43,369 nt of DNA, from the NCBI GenBank assembly GCA_021796295.1, contig JAJYIA010000001.1, forward strand, positions 1-43,369, written 5' to 3'. The DNA is from Candidatus Micrarchaeota archaeon (GTDB taxonomy: Archaea; Micrarchaeota; Micrarchaeia; Micrarchaeales; CABMGC01). The notes beneath the pieces were generated by a model that was not told the origin of the DNA, made no database searches, and saw only the letters and a program-made list of their open reading frames with translations. Each line of letters opens with the position of its first letter. Within the stretch, counting starts at the first letter, position 1. Of this stretch, positions 1 through 8,813 are shown one piece after another. The position numbers were made by a program, and so were the translations under genes.

Positions 1-22
1 ATTCATCCTTTGTCGTGAGGAA

Positions 23-1553
23 ATTTCCTAAATTCCCTACAAACTTACCCACTACACAGTAACCTTTTACTTCTGTATCCGTAAGGAGGAATACAGGTAT
101 AATAATTGTAGTATGTAATTACATCCTACATGAGCTTCATAAAATATAGGCAGTTCGGAAACAAAGAATACGCATACGAACTGACCTCGTATAGGGATTC
201 ACAAACGAAGAAAGTTAAGCACATATCGAAGTATCTCGGAGTTGTTGTAGATAAAGAAAGACATATTTTCGAAAGAAGATTGTTTAGGCAACGAACAGAG
301 AGACTTATTCTAGACTTCGGTGATTCGTATCTTGTGAGCAGATTTATAGAGAGTACACAATATGGGCAACTTTTTAACAAGGTATTTGGAAAATACATTG
401 AGACTCTTCTTGCGCTTCTTACGTATCGCTTATGTTACAGTTCTGCAATGATGTATGCAGAGACATGGTATGAAGGGAATTATGCGAAACTTCAATATAA
501 AGACGCAGAAGTTAGTTCACAACGGATAAGCGAATTCTTTGAAGCAATCGGAAATGAAGAACTTTATCAAAGTTTTTTTAGGGAACACATATCGAATATC
601 TGTAAATCAAAGAGTGGAATAATAGTAGATACAACGTCACTTCAAAATCAGATACATATTCCATTAACCTCCTGGGGCCGCAGTGGAGAAGAGATAGACA
701 AGCAGATAAGATTCCTTCTTGTAGTCGATAAAGACACATCTTTGCCCATATTTTTCAGAACACTTCCTGGCAACATTATAGACGTTTCATCTCTGAATAA
801 CACTACAGAAGAACTCAGGCACTACGGCTTAGAAAGCACAGTTGTATGTGCGGATGCAGGCTTCTTTTCAGAAGACAATATTCTGGACCTCTATGCAAAG
901 AATATTAATTTTTTAATGCGACTACCGGCGGTAAGGACGTTATACAGAGAATTGATAATGAGTGAGATCAAGGACATAGAATCCCCTAGTAATGGCGTAA
1001 GATATGGGAAGAGAGGATTATTTATAAAGCGAAAGAAAGTCGAACTATTTGGAAAGGCGGTTTATGCATATATAGTTCTTGATCCTGAGAGAAAAGGGAG
1101 GGAAACTAGTCGGTTGATACGCCAAACTGCAGACGAAGAAGAAAAGAACATAGAACTCGAATACAATTTTATGCGCAGAGGCGTAATGATACTCATTTCC
1201 TCTTTTGACATACCTATGAAAGAGATAGTACCTACTTATTATCTTAGACAAAGAGCAGAAGTATTATTCGGTTTTTCGAAAGACGATATCAATATTCTAC
1301 CTCTAAGGGTCCACAAAGAGGAAACGTTAAGGGGATTCCTTTTCCTTCAATTCCTAACATTGATTATATTTGCACAACTTAAAAAGGCTATAGGAGAAGA
1401 ACATACTGTTGAAGAGATACTACTAAAAATGAGAAATCTAAAGTGCAAGGTGTACGAAAATGAGATAATAATCGGTGAGATGACTAAAGAGCAAAAGGAA
1501 ATATGTAAGATTTTAGATGTTGTAGTGCCCAAAAATTCGGGAATTTGGGAAAG
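23..1553 (+). mobile_element. IS element (IS4/IS1634-like), ~1.5 kb, single transposase ORF
   Basis: Imperfect terminal inverted repeats: 24-39 TTTCCTAAATTCCCTA matches the reverse complement of 1537-1552, TTTCCCAAATTCCCGA (14/16). They enclose the transposase ORF. The right end abuts the 3' end of tRNA-Phe. Confidence 0.6.
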
Positions 1554-1572
1554 TGCCGCAGGTCGGATTTGA
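130..1572 (+). CDS. DDE transposase, IS4 superfamily (IS1634-like)
   Basis: 480-aa ORF with ATG at 130. The N-terminus (KYRQFGNKEYAYELTSYRD..KKVKHISKYLG) is typical of IS1634-type transposases. Acidic motifs IIVDTTSL and VVCADAGFFSEDN are present. The IS4 signature Y(2)R(3)E(6)K is present as YYLRQRAEVLFGFSK. The last ~6 codons read past the IR into the tRNA-Phe sequence. Confidence 0.85.
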   Translation: MSFIKYRQFGNKEYAYELTSYRDSQTKKVKHISKYLGVVVDKERHIFERRLFRQRTERLILDFGDSYLVSRFIESTQYGQLFNKVFGKYIETLLALLTYRLCYSSAMMYAETWYEGNYAKLQYKDAEVSSQRISEFFEAIGNEELYQSFFREHISNICKSKSGIIVDTTSLQNQIHIPLTSWGRSGEEIDKQIRFLLVVDKDTSLPIFFRTLPGNIIDVSSLNNTTEELRHYGLESTVVCADAGFFSEDNILDLYAKNINFLMRLPAVRTLYRELIMSEIKDIESPSNGVRYGKRGLFIKRKKVELFGKAVYAYIVLDPERKGRETSRLIRQTADEEEKNIELEYNFMRRGVMILISSFDIPMKEIVPTYYLRQRAEVLFGFSKDDINILPLRVHKEETLRGFLFLQFLTLIIFAQLKKAIGEEHTVEEILLKMRNLKCKVYENEIIIGEMTKEQKEICKILDVVVPKNSGIWESAAGRI

Positions 1573-1652
1573 ACCGACGACATTCCGGTTTCTGCACTGA
1601 AACTTTTGGATTTACTTCAGCCGGACGCTCTCCCGGACTGAGCTACTGCGGC
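1554..1652 (-). tRNA. tRNA-Phe (GAA) with ~25-nt intron at canonical 37/38 position
   Basis: The reverse complement folds as a cloverleaf: acceptor GCCGCAG/CTGCGGC, D arm GCTC..GAGC, anticodon stem TCCGG/CCGGA with loop CTGAAG[intron]A, T arm GTCGG-TTCAAAT-CCGAC, discriminator A. The intron contains TTTCAG, complementary to the anticodon loop (BHB-like). Confidence 0.85.
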
Positions 1653-1705
1653 AAGCAGAGTGATAGAGAATACTGCAAAACAGTATTTTAATCTTTCGGC
1701 AATAG

Positions 1706-2098
1706 CTATGCCAGAAGGTCCCTGTCTGAAAGGTAAAAGTAGGCTACGAAGACGCCGAAAAGGCCTGCCATGCCGCTAAGATAACCAGGCATAAATATGA
1801 AGAGTGCGCTGTCTATAATGGAAGGCGCAGAAAATGCAAAGAGATATGTAAACGCACCTGTGGTTTCTGCGTTTCTTGTTTTCAGGTAACTTATGACGAA
1901 TACCACTGCAAGTATGTCACGTATTACCGGAAGTGCGCCTGCGGCGAGTCCCATTATGGATATTACAATAAAGGCAATAGTGCTCATTGGGCTGTAATTG
2001 TGCAATGGCACTTCGTTTGCATACTGTGAGGAACCGTTAAGTACCTCTGCTACGTCCTGGTCAGTGATCTGGTCCTGGGTGTCTTCAGCGCTTGCCAT
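1706..2098 (-). CDS. small integral membrane protein, unknown function (131 aa from internal ATG)
   Basis: The C-terminal ~95 aa are strongly hydrophobic (3-4 predicted TM segments). The longer 208-aa version would run across the helicase upstream region and has an implausible N-terminus. Confidence 0.45.
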   Translation of the reverse strand: MASAEDTQDQITDQDVAEVLNGSSQYANEVPLHNYSPMSTIAFIVISIMGLAAGALPVIRDILAVVFVISYLKTRNAETTGAFTYLFAFSAPSIIDSALFIFMPGYLSGMAGLFGVFVAYFYLSDRDLLA

Positions 2099-2266
2099 TG
2101 GATCGTATAATATGCGCCGAAAGAGTCTAAAAGCTTCTGCATGCCTGCATTGCTGCATGCTGTGCCTCTTTCTTATATTTTGCCATGCATTAGTTATGCT
2201 GATGCAGAAATTGATTCGATGGAAATAGACAGCAGGTGGCAGAGGATTGGAAAGGGCCTGAGCCTG

Positions 2267-3781
2267 ATGAAACTGGATGGTGTGGAATTCAGGGAGTATC
2301 AGGCCAACATCATAGAGTCGATGCTCAGGCACGGCAATACGCTTGTAGTGCTGCCCACAGGCCTCGGAAAGACCATCATAGGCGCTGCAGCAGTTGCAGA
2401 TGCACTTTCAAGGGGCAGAAAGGCGCTCTTCATGTCGCCCACGAAGCCTCTTGCGGAGCAGCATTACGCAACGCTTACAAGCATGCTGAATGTAGAAGGG
2501 AGCAGGGTGGCGCTTGTCCTGGGCTCTGTTTCGCCTAAAAAGCGCGCTGGAATTGAAAGGGCAGCTGATGTATTAGTGGCTACGCCGCAGACCATAGCAA
2601 ACGACCTTCATAACGGCCGTATTTCAATGGGGGATTTCGGCGCCGCTGTGTTTGATGAATGCCACAGGGCTGTGGGAAAATACGCATATACCTACGTAGC
2701 GAACGAATGCATTCTGAGGGGTGTGTTTGTTGTGGGGCTGACCGCTTCGCCGGGAAGCAAGAAGGAAAAGGTCAATGCTATAGTTGAAACGCTGGGCATA
2801 AGGCATATAGAATCACGGACATCGTATGATGGCGATGTTGCAAGGTATGTCATGCCGAAGTACATGCATATAATCAGGGTGGAGAGAAGCCGGAGGATAG
2901 ATGAGATAGCCGTAAAGCTAAAGCCTGAGATCGAGAGAAGCCTGCAGAGCCTGAACAAGATGGGCTTCCTGCATTTCAGTAGCTTTGAAAGGATACCCAA
3001 GGGCAGGCTTATAGAGGCGGGCAGCCAGATAAACAGGATACAGGAAAGGAATTACAGGTATGCCGCGCTGTTCAGCTACATAAAGCTGCTCAACCTAATG
3101 CATGCGTACGATCTCCTGCTTGTGGAGGGCCTTTATCCCTTTTCCAAGTATTTTGAATCTCTTGAGCAGCGCGAGAAGAAGAGCAGAAGCGTTGAAAACC
3201 TTCTGAAGAACCGTGACATTGCCGAAGCCAGAAGGCTTGCGGACGAAGCTGTAGGGAACGGAGAAGAGCATGCGAAGGTTTTTGCTGTGCTTGACATAGT
3301 GAAAAATTATAGAGGCAGGAGCGTAATAATATTCGCACAGTACCGCTCTACAATAAAGATACTCGTGGAATTCCTGAAGAACAACGGCTTCGGGGCAATG
3401 GCCTTTGTAGGCAAGAGGGATGGTGTAACGCAGGAGTCGCAGAAGAGGGTAATGGAGGAGTTCAGGCACCGTGCATTTGACATACTTGTAGCAAGCTCTA
3501 TAGGTGAAGAAGGCTTGGATGTGCCGAGCGTAGACGCAGTTATATTCTACGAGGCCATACCCAATGAGATACGGAATATACAGAGGAAGGGCAGGACAGG
3601 CAGGCTAAGGGCAGGAGAGGTATACATACTCATCGCAAAAGGCAGCAAGGACGAGATATACTTATATGTATCAAGGCAGAGGGAGGAGCGCATGGCCTCG
3701 GTGCTCAGCGCAGCCGGAAGGGCCCTTGAAAAGAAGCATCCTGTGCCTGTGCAGGGGCAGAGCAGGCTATACCAGGCATAA
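2267..3781 (+). CDS. hef: Hef/FANCM-like SF2 DNA helicase (helicase-only form, no ERCC4 nuclease domain)
   Basis: Motif I VVLPTGLGKT, motif II FDECHRAVG, motif III GLTASPG and motif VI QRKGRTGR are present. The layout REYQ..LTASPGS..IE.R...D.DV..Y..FYE.IPNEIRNIQRKGRTGR is typical of archaeal Hef helicase domains. The start was chosen at MKLDGVEFREYQ (ATG 2267); ATG 2219 is also possible. Confidence 0.8.
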   Translation: MKLDGVEFREYQANIIESMLRHGNTLVVLPTGLGKTIIGAAAVADALSRGRKALFMSPTKPLAEQHYATLTSMLNVEGSRVALVLGSVSPKKRAGIERAADVLVATPQTIANDLHNGRISMGDFGAAVFDECHRAVGKYAYTYVANECILRGVFVVGLTASPGSKKEKVNAIVETLGIRHIESRTSYDGDVARYVMPKYMHIIRVERSRRIDEIAVKLKPEIERSLQSLNKMGFLHFSSFERIPKGRLIEAGSQINRIQERNYRYAALFSYIKLLNLMHAYDLLLVEGLYPFSKYFESLEQREKKSRSVENLLKNRDIAEARRLADEAVGNGEEHAKVFAVLDIVKNYRGRSVIIFAQYRSTIKILVEFLKNNGFGAMAFVGKRDGVTQESQKRVMEEFRHRAFDILVASSIGEEGLDVPSVDAVIFYEAIPNEIRNIQRKGRTGRLRAGEVYILIAKGSKDEIYLYVSRQREERMASVLSAAGRALEKKHPVPVQGQSRLYQA

Positions 3782-3783
3782 GA

Positions 3784-4575
3784 TTACTTCCCTAGGATTT
3801 TGTGTATCCTGCTTACGTAGGGCTGATCGCATACGCTCTTCGGGGTATAGTTGTCTGCCGCGCAGATCTGCTCTGTAAGAAGGTTGGCGGAGCCTATGAT
3901 GGTCTGCGCCTGTATTGTGGAGGAATTATGCAGATCTGAGGCAATGGCGCTCCAGTTCTTGCCATATATGACATCGTAGGGATCGTAGTTTGCGCCTACC
4001 TGGTAGGTGTTGTTTGCCATAAGCAGGAAGGGTACGCTGCCTCCTGTGTCATACATGTCGAAAAGATGATCCTCCTGCTGTGTAGGCTGCTGCAGGGCCG
4101 TGCCGTTGTTTGTCTCAGTCTCAACGCTGACGAACGAGATATAACTGCTTGTGTAGTTTGCATCTGCGAATGTGAACGTAGGAGAGCTTGGGGAATAATC
4201 GCTTGCTGATGAGGTCATCAGCCTAAGCCCTGTGAAGTTTCCGAATCTCAGCAGCGCCACAACAAGAGCCCAGCGCTCTGCGGCACAGTAAGGGCAGTAT
4301 TCAGCGCCTATGTAGAGGATTTCTGGCTTTCCTCCCTGCGCAAGCGGGGTGGCGTTGTTTGTCTTTATGAAAAGGGACTGGGCGCCGCTCATGTCTATGG
4401 CATTGCTCAGGTTATCTGGAACATTGAGCATTCTGAGAAGGCTTAGAGGTACAGGCTTATTGTCGTAAGACGCAAGCGTTCTGGCTGCAGCGTAGCCCGT
4501 GCCGTAGAACATAGCAAGAGAAAAGGCAATTATTGCAAGTACAACTATGGCAGCATAGATTATGTTCTTCTTCAT
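3784..4575 (-). CDS. membrane-anchored thioredoxin-like protein (DUF929-like), CPYC active-site motif
   Basis: N-terminal TM anchor (IIYAAIVVLAIIAFSLAMF) followed by an extracytoplasmic domain containing YIGAEYCPYCAAERWALVVAL. Several N-x-S/T sequons are present. Family assignment is from memory of the DUF929 signature. Confidence 0.65.
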   Translation of the reverse strand: MKKNIIYAAIVVLAIIAFSLAMFYGTGYAAARTLASYDNKPVPLSLLRMLNVPDNLSNAIDMSGAQSLFIKTNNATPLAQGGKPEILYIGAEYCPYCAAERWALVVALLRFGNFTGLRLMTSSASDYSPSSPTFTFADANYTSSYISFVSVETETNNGTALQQPTQQEDHLFDMYDTGGSVPFLLMANNTYQVGANYDPYDVIYGKNWSAIASDLHNSSTIQAQTIIGSANLLTEQICAADNYTPKSVCDQPYVSRIHKILGK

Positions 4576-4668
4576 AGCCTCGCCAGGGAAAGACTAGCAT
4601 ATATCTTTGTTATATCTATTTATACGTTGTGCCTGGCATGCGGTGCATATATGCAGGCGCATCATATC

Positions 4669-6063
4669 CTATCCGAGGGACTTCTTTGCAAGCGTGATGA
4701 GGTCATGAAGCACGGCCCTCTTCTCCCCTGTTGCGCTGACCTTGATGCTTGCCGCGTTTGAGTGGCCGCCCCCGCTCTCTATGCCTGCGCCGTGCCTCTC
4801 CTTAAGCTCGTTTATGATGCCGAGAATGTCTATTCGCTTTTCCAGGCCTGGGCTCAGCCTTATTGAGATATACTGGTTTATGTGCAGTATGAGAATGCCT
4901 CCCGCAGGGTTAAGGCCTGCTATTGTATCCATGAGCCTTGTGGCGAACCTGCCCGGCAGCGGAAAGCCGGTGTTATCGTCTCTTACATCATCGAAATCGA
5001 GTAGGAAGATCTTTGAATCATGCTCATCATACACCTTGAGCCTCTTCAGGGCAAGGTTTGTGGTGTCGTCAAGTCTGACCTTTGCGTATTTGAGCAGTTC
5101 GTCGTACCTCTGCCTGTTGTTCAGTATGCCTTCTATGTACTGCGGGGTAATGTCCCAAGCAGTAGAGAGGCCGGTCACCCTTGCGTCGCTTGTTATAAGG
5201 TCGAGAAGCGTTGCAAGGTCTCTGCCCTCGCTGCATGCGACTGCATAGGAGCTGTGGTCTCCGATGAGGGAGGCGCATTCCATCTCATGGCTAGGGCTCT
5301 TTGAAAAGAGCCTTGCAAGCATGCTTGAAAGAAGGCCGGCAGTATAGTTTGAGTCTGAGCCGAAGAGCCAGGGATTGATGTAGTGCTGCGCCTTCATGCC
5401 TGCAAAGCCCTCAGGCACAGGATGATGGTCAAGCCATATGACATCGGCATATGCCAATGCCTTCTCCACGCCAGTGTTGCTGTCTGCCGAGGTGCCGAAG
5501 TCTATTATGAGTATAAGCGGCTTTTCAAGAGATTCATAGCCGTTCAGGATGAGCCTGTCCGACTCTGCGTCGTATGCAGAGTAGGCAACGCCCTTGTGCA
5601 TGATCCATACGGCGTTGGCCTTCCTCTCATTAAGGAATGCCTTCATGCCAGAATATATGGCGTATGCGCCGCTTGAGCCGTCGGCATCGTTGTGGAACCT
5701 TATTAGAATTGGTGCCCCGAGCAGCAGCTTCTTAAGCAGAAGAAGGGCTGCCGACTTCAGTGCAGGCCGCATCCTTTCAGTTGCAGCATCGATGTCACTT
5801 ATGCCTATGCTTCCGGGGCTTGCACTGAGTGAGCGCTTTGCCTCTTCCAGTGAGAGGGACATGAGCCTTGAATAAAGGTCCTGCGCCTTTGCCTCGCCTT
5901 CTATCACGCGCGCAATGCCTCCGTTTTCCACGCTTACACGCTCGCCAAGCCCTGCGTTTATGCTGCTCTCCGCAATGCACAGCGGTCCATTGCCTGAAAT
6001 GCCAACTATGTAAAAGAGGGGCATACGCACGCTGCGCTTGATACAGACAACTATGCCTTCCAT
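4669..6063 (-). CDS. DHH/DHHA1 phosphoesterase, archaeal RecJ/GAN-like nuclease candidate
   Basis: DHH motifs HNDADGSSGA (I), IIDFG (II) and WLDHHP (III), plus the DHHA1 motif GGGHSNAAS. At 464 aa with a ~110-aa N-terminal extra domain, its size matches archaeal RecJ/Cdc45-like proteins. Confidence 0.7.
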   Translation of the reverse strand: MEGIVVCIKRSVRMPLFYIVGISGNGPLCIAESSINAGLGERVSVENGGIARVIEGEAKAQDLYSRLMSLSLEEAKRSLSASPGSIGISDIDAATERMRPALKSAALLLLKKLLLGAPILIRFHNDADGSSGAYAIYSGMKAFLNERKANAVWIMHKGVAYSAYDAESDRLILNGYESLEKPLILIIDFGTSADSNTGVEKALAYADVIWLDHHPVPEGFAGMKAQHYINPWLFGSDSNYTAGLLSSMLARLFSKSPSHEMECASLIGDHSSYAVACSEGRDLATLLDLITSDARVTGLSTAWDITPQYIEGILNNRQRYDELLKYAKVRLDDTTNLALKRLKVYDEHDSKIFLLDFDDVRDDNTGFPLPGRFATRLMDTIAGLNPAGGILILHINQYISIRLSPGLEKRIDILGIINELKERHGAGIESGGGHSNAASIKVSATGEKRAVLHDLITLAKKSLG

Positions 6064-6087
6064 TGCTTACGGCCTCGTTATACAGAA

Positions 6088-7185
6088 TTACGAATACGGT
6101 GAAGCGGCAGAGAGATTATGGCCTATGCCCTCTACGCAGGCGCTGTTCTCTGTTGCATTGGACAGATAGGCGCAGTAGGTGACATTGTCGTATGTCTGGG
6201 CAAGATAGTCATAGCACGAAATGCTGAGATTAGGCCCCAGCTCGGTGCATACGCTGGCATTCCTGGTCTCTATCGCCATAAAGAGAAGCACGTTATCCCT
6301 GCAAATGACAGGATAGGAGCTGCCTGCAGGGCATTCGTTGAGCAACTGCGTGTAATTCACCTTGCTGGCATTGACTGGATTTACGGCGCTTGCGTTGGCG
6401 GCAAGGCCCGAGGAGAGTGTGGAGTTGCAAATGCTTACAGAGGTTGCGTTATGGAGCTCATTGCAGTAGCTGCCGTTGTGCAGGATAGAGGCCATGTCTA
6501 TATAGCAGAGGTCCCTTGCGCTCAGGTTAAGGTCGCTGGATTCAATGTATCCGACAGGACTTTCCGGGGAAATACCAGTGTTTGAGTAGTAGAGCACCAT
6601 GCCTGTAATATTCTGGTCTGAGCTCGGCTGCACTTCTGCGCAGTATGAGGCATTCCTAAACTTCGCCGCCATAGAAAACCCGACTGCGGAGGAGCAGATA
6701 TATGCACTACTTGGGTTTGAAGCATATGCGCAGGAGCCCTTATCAAGGGAATTAACTGCAGACCTTGTTACGCATGAATCCCTGTAGGCACCGCCCAATA
6801 TGCTGCACGGCTCTGCGCTGCCTGTAGCATTGGCTATGCCCAAAGCGCAAGAACTTGCAGAGGCATTATCGGATATGTCTGCGCAGAGGCTGTAGTTAAG
6901 GGTCTCGAGGCCCACGCCCAAATAGCACTGGCCGGCATAATCAGCATATGTAGAAGATATTATACTGCACAGTGTGGAATTGCGCGTAGAGACGGCAAGG
7001 CGGCTGAGGCAGGAGTATCTCCCAGAAGGCGTGAGAAACGAGAGGCATCCTGATTTTGTGCTTGTGTCTGGCATGAAGAGCGAGGCTGCTATGGCCAGCA
7101 CTGCAAGCAGCACTGTTATTGCGAGGTAGAGATGCAGCCTTTCCTTGGAATCACTCTTCTCTTCTTTGCCCTCCATTATCATCAT
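6088..7185 (-). CDS. secreted/anchored Cys-rich repeat glycoprotein, unknown function
   Basis: N-terminal TM/signal anchor (LHLYLAITVLLAVLAIAASLF). 20 Cys are arranged in ~9-10 units of 26-30 aa, of the form N-x-[ST]-x-C-x2-[IL]-x(6-12)-C. About 20 N-x-S/T sequons are present. Confidence 0.6.
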   Translation of the reverse strand: MMIMEGKEEKSDSKERLHLYLAITVLLAVLAIAASLFMPDTSTKSGCLSFLTPSGRYSCLSRLAVSTRNSTLCSIISSTYADYAGQCYLGVGLETLNYSLCADISDNASASSCALGIANATGSAEPCSILGGAYRDSCVTRSAVNSLDKGSCAYASNPSSAYICSSAVGFSMAAKFRNASYCAEVQPSSDQNITGMVLYYSNTGISPESPVGYIESSDLNLSARDLCYIDMASILHNGSYCNELHNATSVSICNSTLSSGLAANASAVNPVNASKVNYTQLLNECPAGSSYPVICRDNVLLFMAIETRNASVCTELGPNLSISCYDYLAQTYDNVTYCAYLSNATENSACVEGIGHNLSAASPYS

Positions 7186-7250
7186 ACCTACTTTCTGCAG
7201 TAAGATTATTATTGATGCGTGTCCATAGGTGCTTGCATCAGGGCGCGCAC

Positions 7251-8012
7251 ATGCTTAACAAGAAGATGCTTGTCATAGGCATACTGCTGATACTTTTCAG
7301 CGTAGTAATCGGGGGCATGACCTACTCCGCCTCGTTCAGCTCTGCCACTACGGCAAACAGGGAGGGGCTTGCGCTGCAGCCGAGCTCAAGCATATATGTC
7401 AGGCTTGCGGTAAACAGCAGCAGCACGCCTCTGCTTCTCTACAGTTCAAGCGCTCCTGTGAACTTCTACCTTGTCAATAGCACAGCATTCAGCAGCGTGG
7501 AGCCCTACCTGAGCAATGCAAGCAAGACAGCGGAGCTCATAAGATCGCTTGAAGGCAGCGGGGTAATGGAGGTCTTCAGCAACTCATCCCTTGGCGTATT
7601 CCCGTATACAGAGAATTTAAGCCGGAGCTTTCCTCCTCCTTCGTATACCATAAACGGGACTATACCTGCAGAGAATGCCACATACTACCTTATATACAGC
7701 AATAAGGGCAGCAGCTACGTCAACATAAGCTACACCTACATGTATATACCTACTGTGGATTCTGTGCCTTATGCAAAAAGGGCGTTTGAGCTGCCGAGCA
7801 TAGCCGCAGGGCTTCTCTTCATAGCCGGGCTTGTCATTTCAATATTGTCGTTCTTGTCAGGAAAGAGGGTCAGCGAGAAGGAGAGCGATAAGGAAGCGAC
7901 AAGGCTTTACAGAAGGCTTGAGGTTAGGGAAAAGAGACCAAGCGGCAGAAGGGGAGCAAAAGGCAGGAATAGGTTGGCAAGAAGCCCAGGAAGAAGGAAG
8001 AGAAGGGTATGA
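7251..8012 (+). CDS. bitopic membrane glycoprotein with highly basic C-terminal tail, unknown function
   Basis: Start chosen at MLNKKMLVIGILLILFSVVIGG (ATG 7251). The protein has an N-terminal TM, a Ser/Asn-rich ectodomain with sequons, a second TM (IAAGLLFIAGLVISILSFL) and an Arg/Lys-rich tail. Confidence 0.55.
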   Translation: MLNKKMLVIGILLILFSVVIGGMTYSASFSSATTANREGLALQPSSSIYVRLAVNSSSTPLLLYSSSAPVNFYLVNSTAFSSVEPYLSNASKTAELIRSLEGSGVMEVFSNSSLGVFPYTENLSRSFPPPSYTINGTIPAENATYYLIYSNKGSSYVNISYTYMYIPTVDSVPYAKRAFELPSIAAGLLFIAGLVISILSFLSGKRVSEKESDKEATRLYRRLEVREKRPSGRRGAKGRNRLARSPGRRKRRV

Positions 8013-8117
8013 CAAATGCCGTGGCGCATGTGGACACGCAACGAATATATGCCTTTCGAACCCAGTATAAGATAGGAGCTGTGCCTTGCTTTGAGAGCAC
8101 TGCAGCAGTGTGGTATA

Positions 8118-8804
8118 ATGGATAGCCTTCAGGAAAGGATAGCAGGGGAGATAACGCTGTCTGAAACCCCAGGAGGCACTATGAAGAAGTGGAGGGAGCT
8201 CTTTGGCATATCGCAGGTTGAACTTGCAAAGTATCTCAAGATATCGACCTCTACGATAAGCGATTACGAGGGCAACAGGAGGTCGAGCCCAGGCGTGGGT
8301 GTTATAAAGAGGCTTATAAACGCGCTCTTTGTGATAGACGAACAGAAGGGCGGCGAAGTCATAAAGAACCTTCAGAAATTTTCAAAGGACGAGAGCGGCT
8401 CATTCTACTTCATACACGACTTCACTGCGCCGATAAGCGGCATAGACTTCGCCAGGATGATCGATGCGAAGATCGTTGCGAACCCGAACTATCTCGATTC
8501 GATGAAGCTCTTCGGATACACACTGATAGACAGCCTCAGGGTAATACTTGAGATATCCCCTACAGAATATCCGAGGCTTTTCGGTACAACGAACGAAAGG
8601 GCTTTTATATTCGACCAGGTCAGCACAGGAAGGTCGCCAATGGTTGTGGTCAGGGTCGCGCCGATAAAGCCGAAGCTTGTGGTCATACAGAACCTTGACG
8701 TCGTGGACAAGCTAGCGATAAAGATCTCGCAGATAGAGCACATACCACTGCTTACCACAAGGCTCAATGCAGAGGAGCTCAAGCTGAGGCTGAATAACAT
8801 ATAG
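8118..8804 (+). CDS. XRE-family HTH transcriptional regulator fused to ~150-aa uncharacterised C-terminal domain
   Basis: HTH_3-like segment KKWRELFGISQVELAKYLKISTSTISDYEGNRR. The first in-frame ATG is at 8118; the ORF-track start at 8091 is a TTG. Confidence 0.65.
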   Translation: MDSLQERIAGEITLSETPGGTMKKWRELFGISQVELAKYLKISTSTISDYEGNRRSSPGVGVIKRLINALFVIDEQKGGEVIKNLQKFSKDESGSFYFIHDFTAPISGIDFARMIDAKIVANPNYLDSMKLFGYTLIDSLRVILEISPTEYPRLFGTTNERAFIFDQVSTGRSPMVVVRVAPIKPKLVVIQNLDVVDKLAIKISQIEHIPLLTTRLNAEELKLRLNNI

Positions 8805-8813
8805 CTGCACGGG

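Noticed and set aside
2141-2266. N-terminal extensions of several track ORFs: the helicase from 2141, the membrane protein from 7119, cdc48 from 38119, prefoldin from 17189, mbf1 from 30453, and S6e from the GTG at 40311
   Set aside because: The extensions encode atypical sequence, run into divergent promoters or TATA boxes, and are absent from the conserved N-termini expected for these families. Internal starts were chosen instead. Some uncertainty remains.
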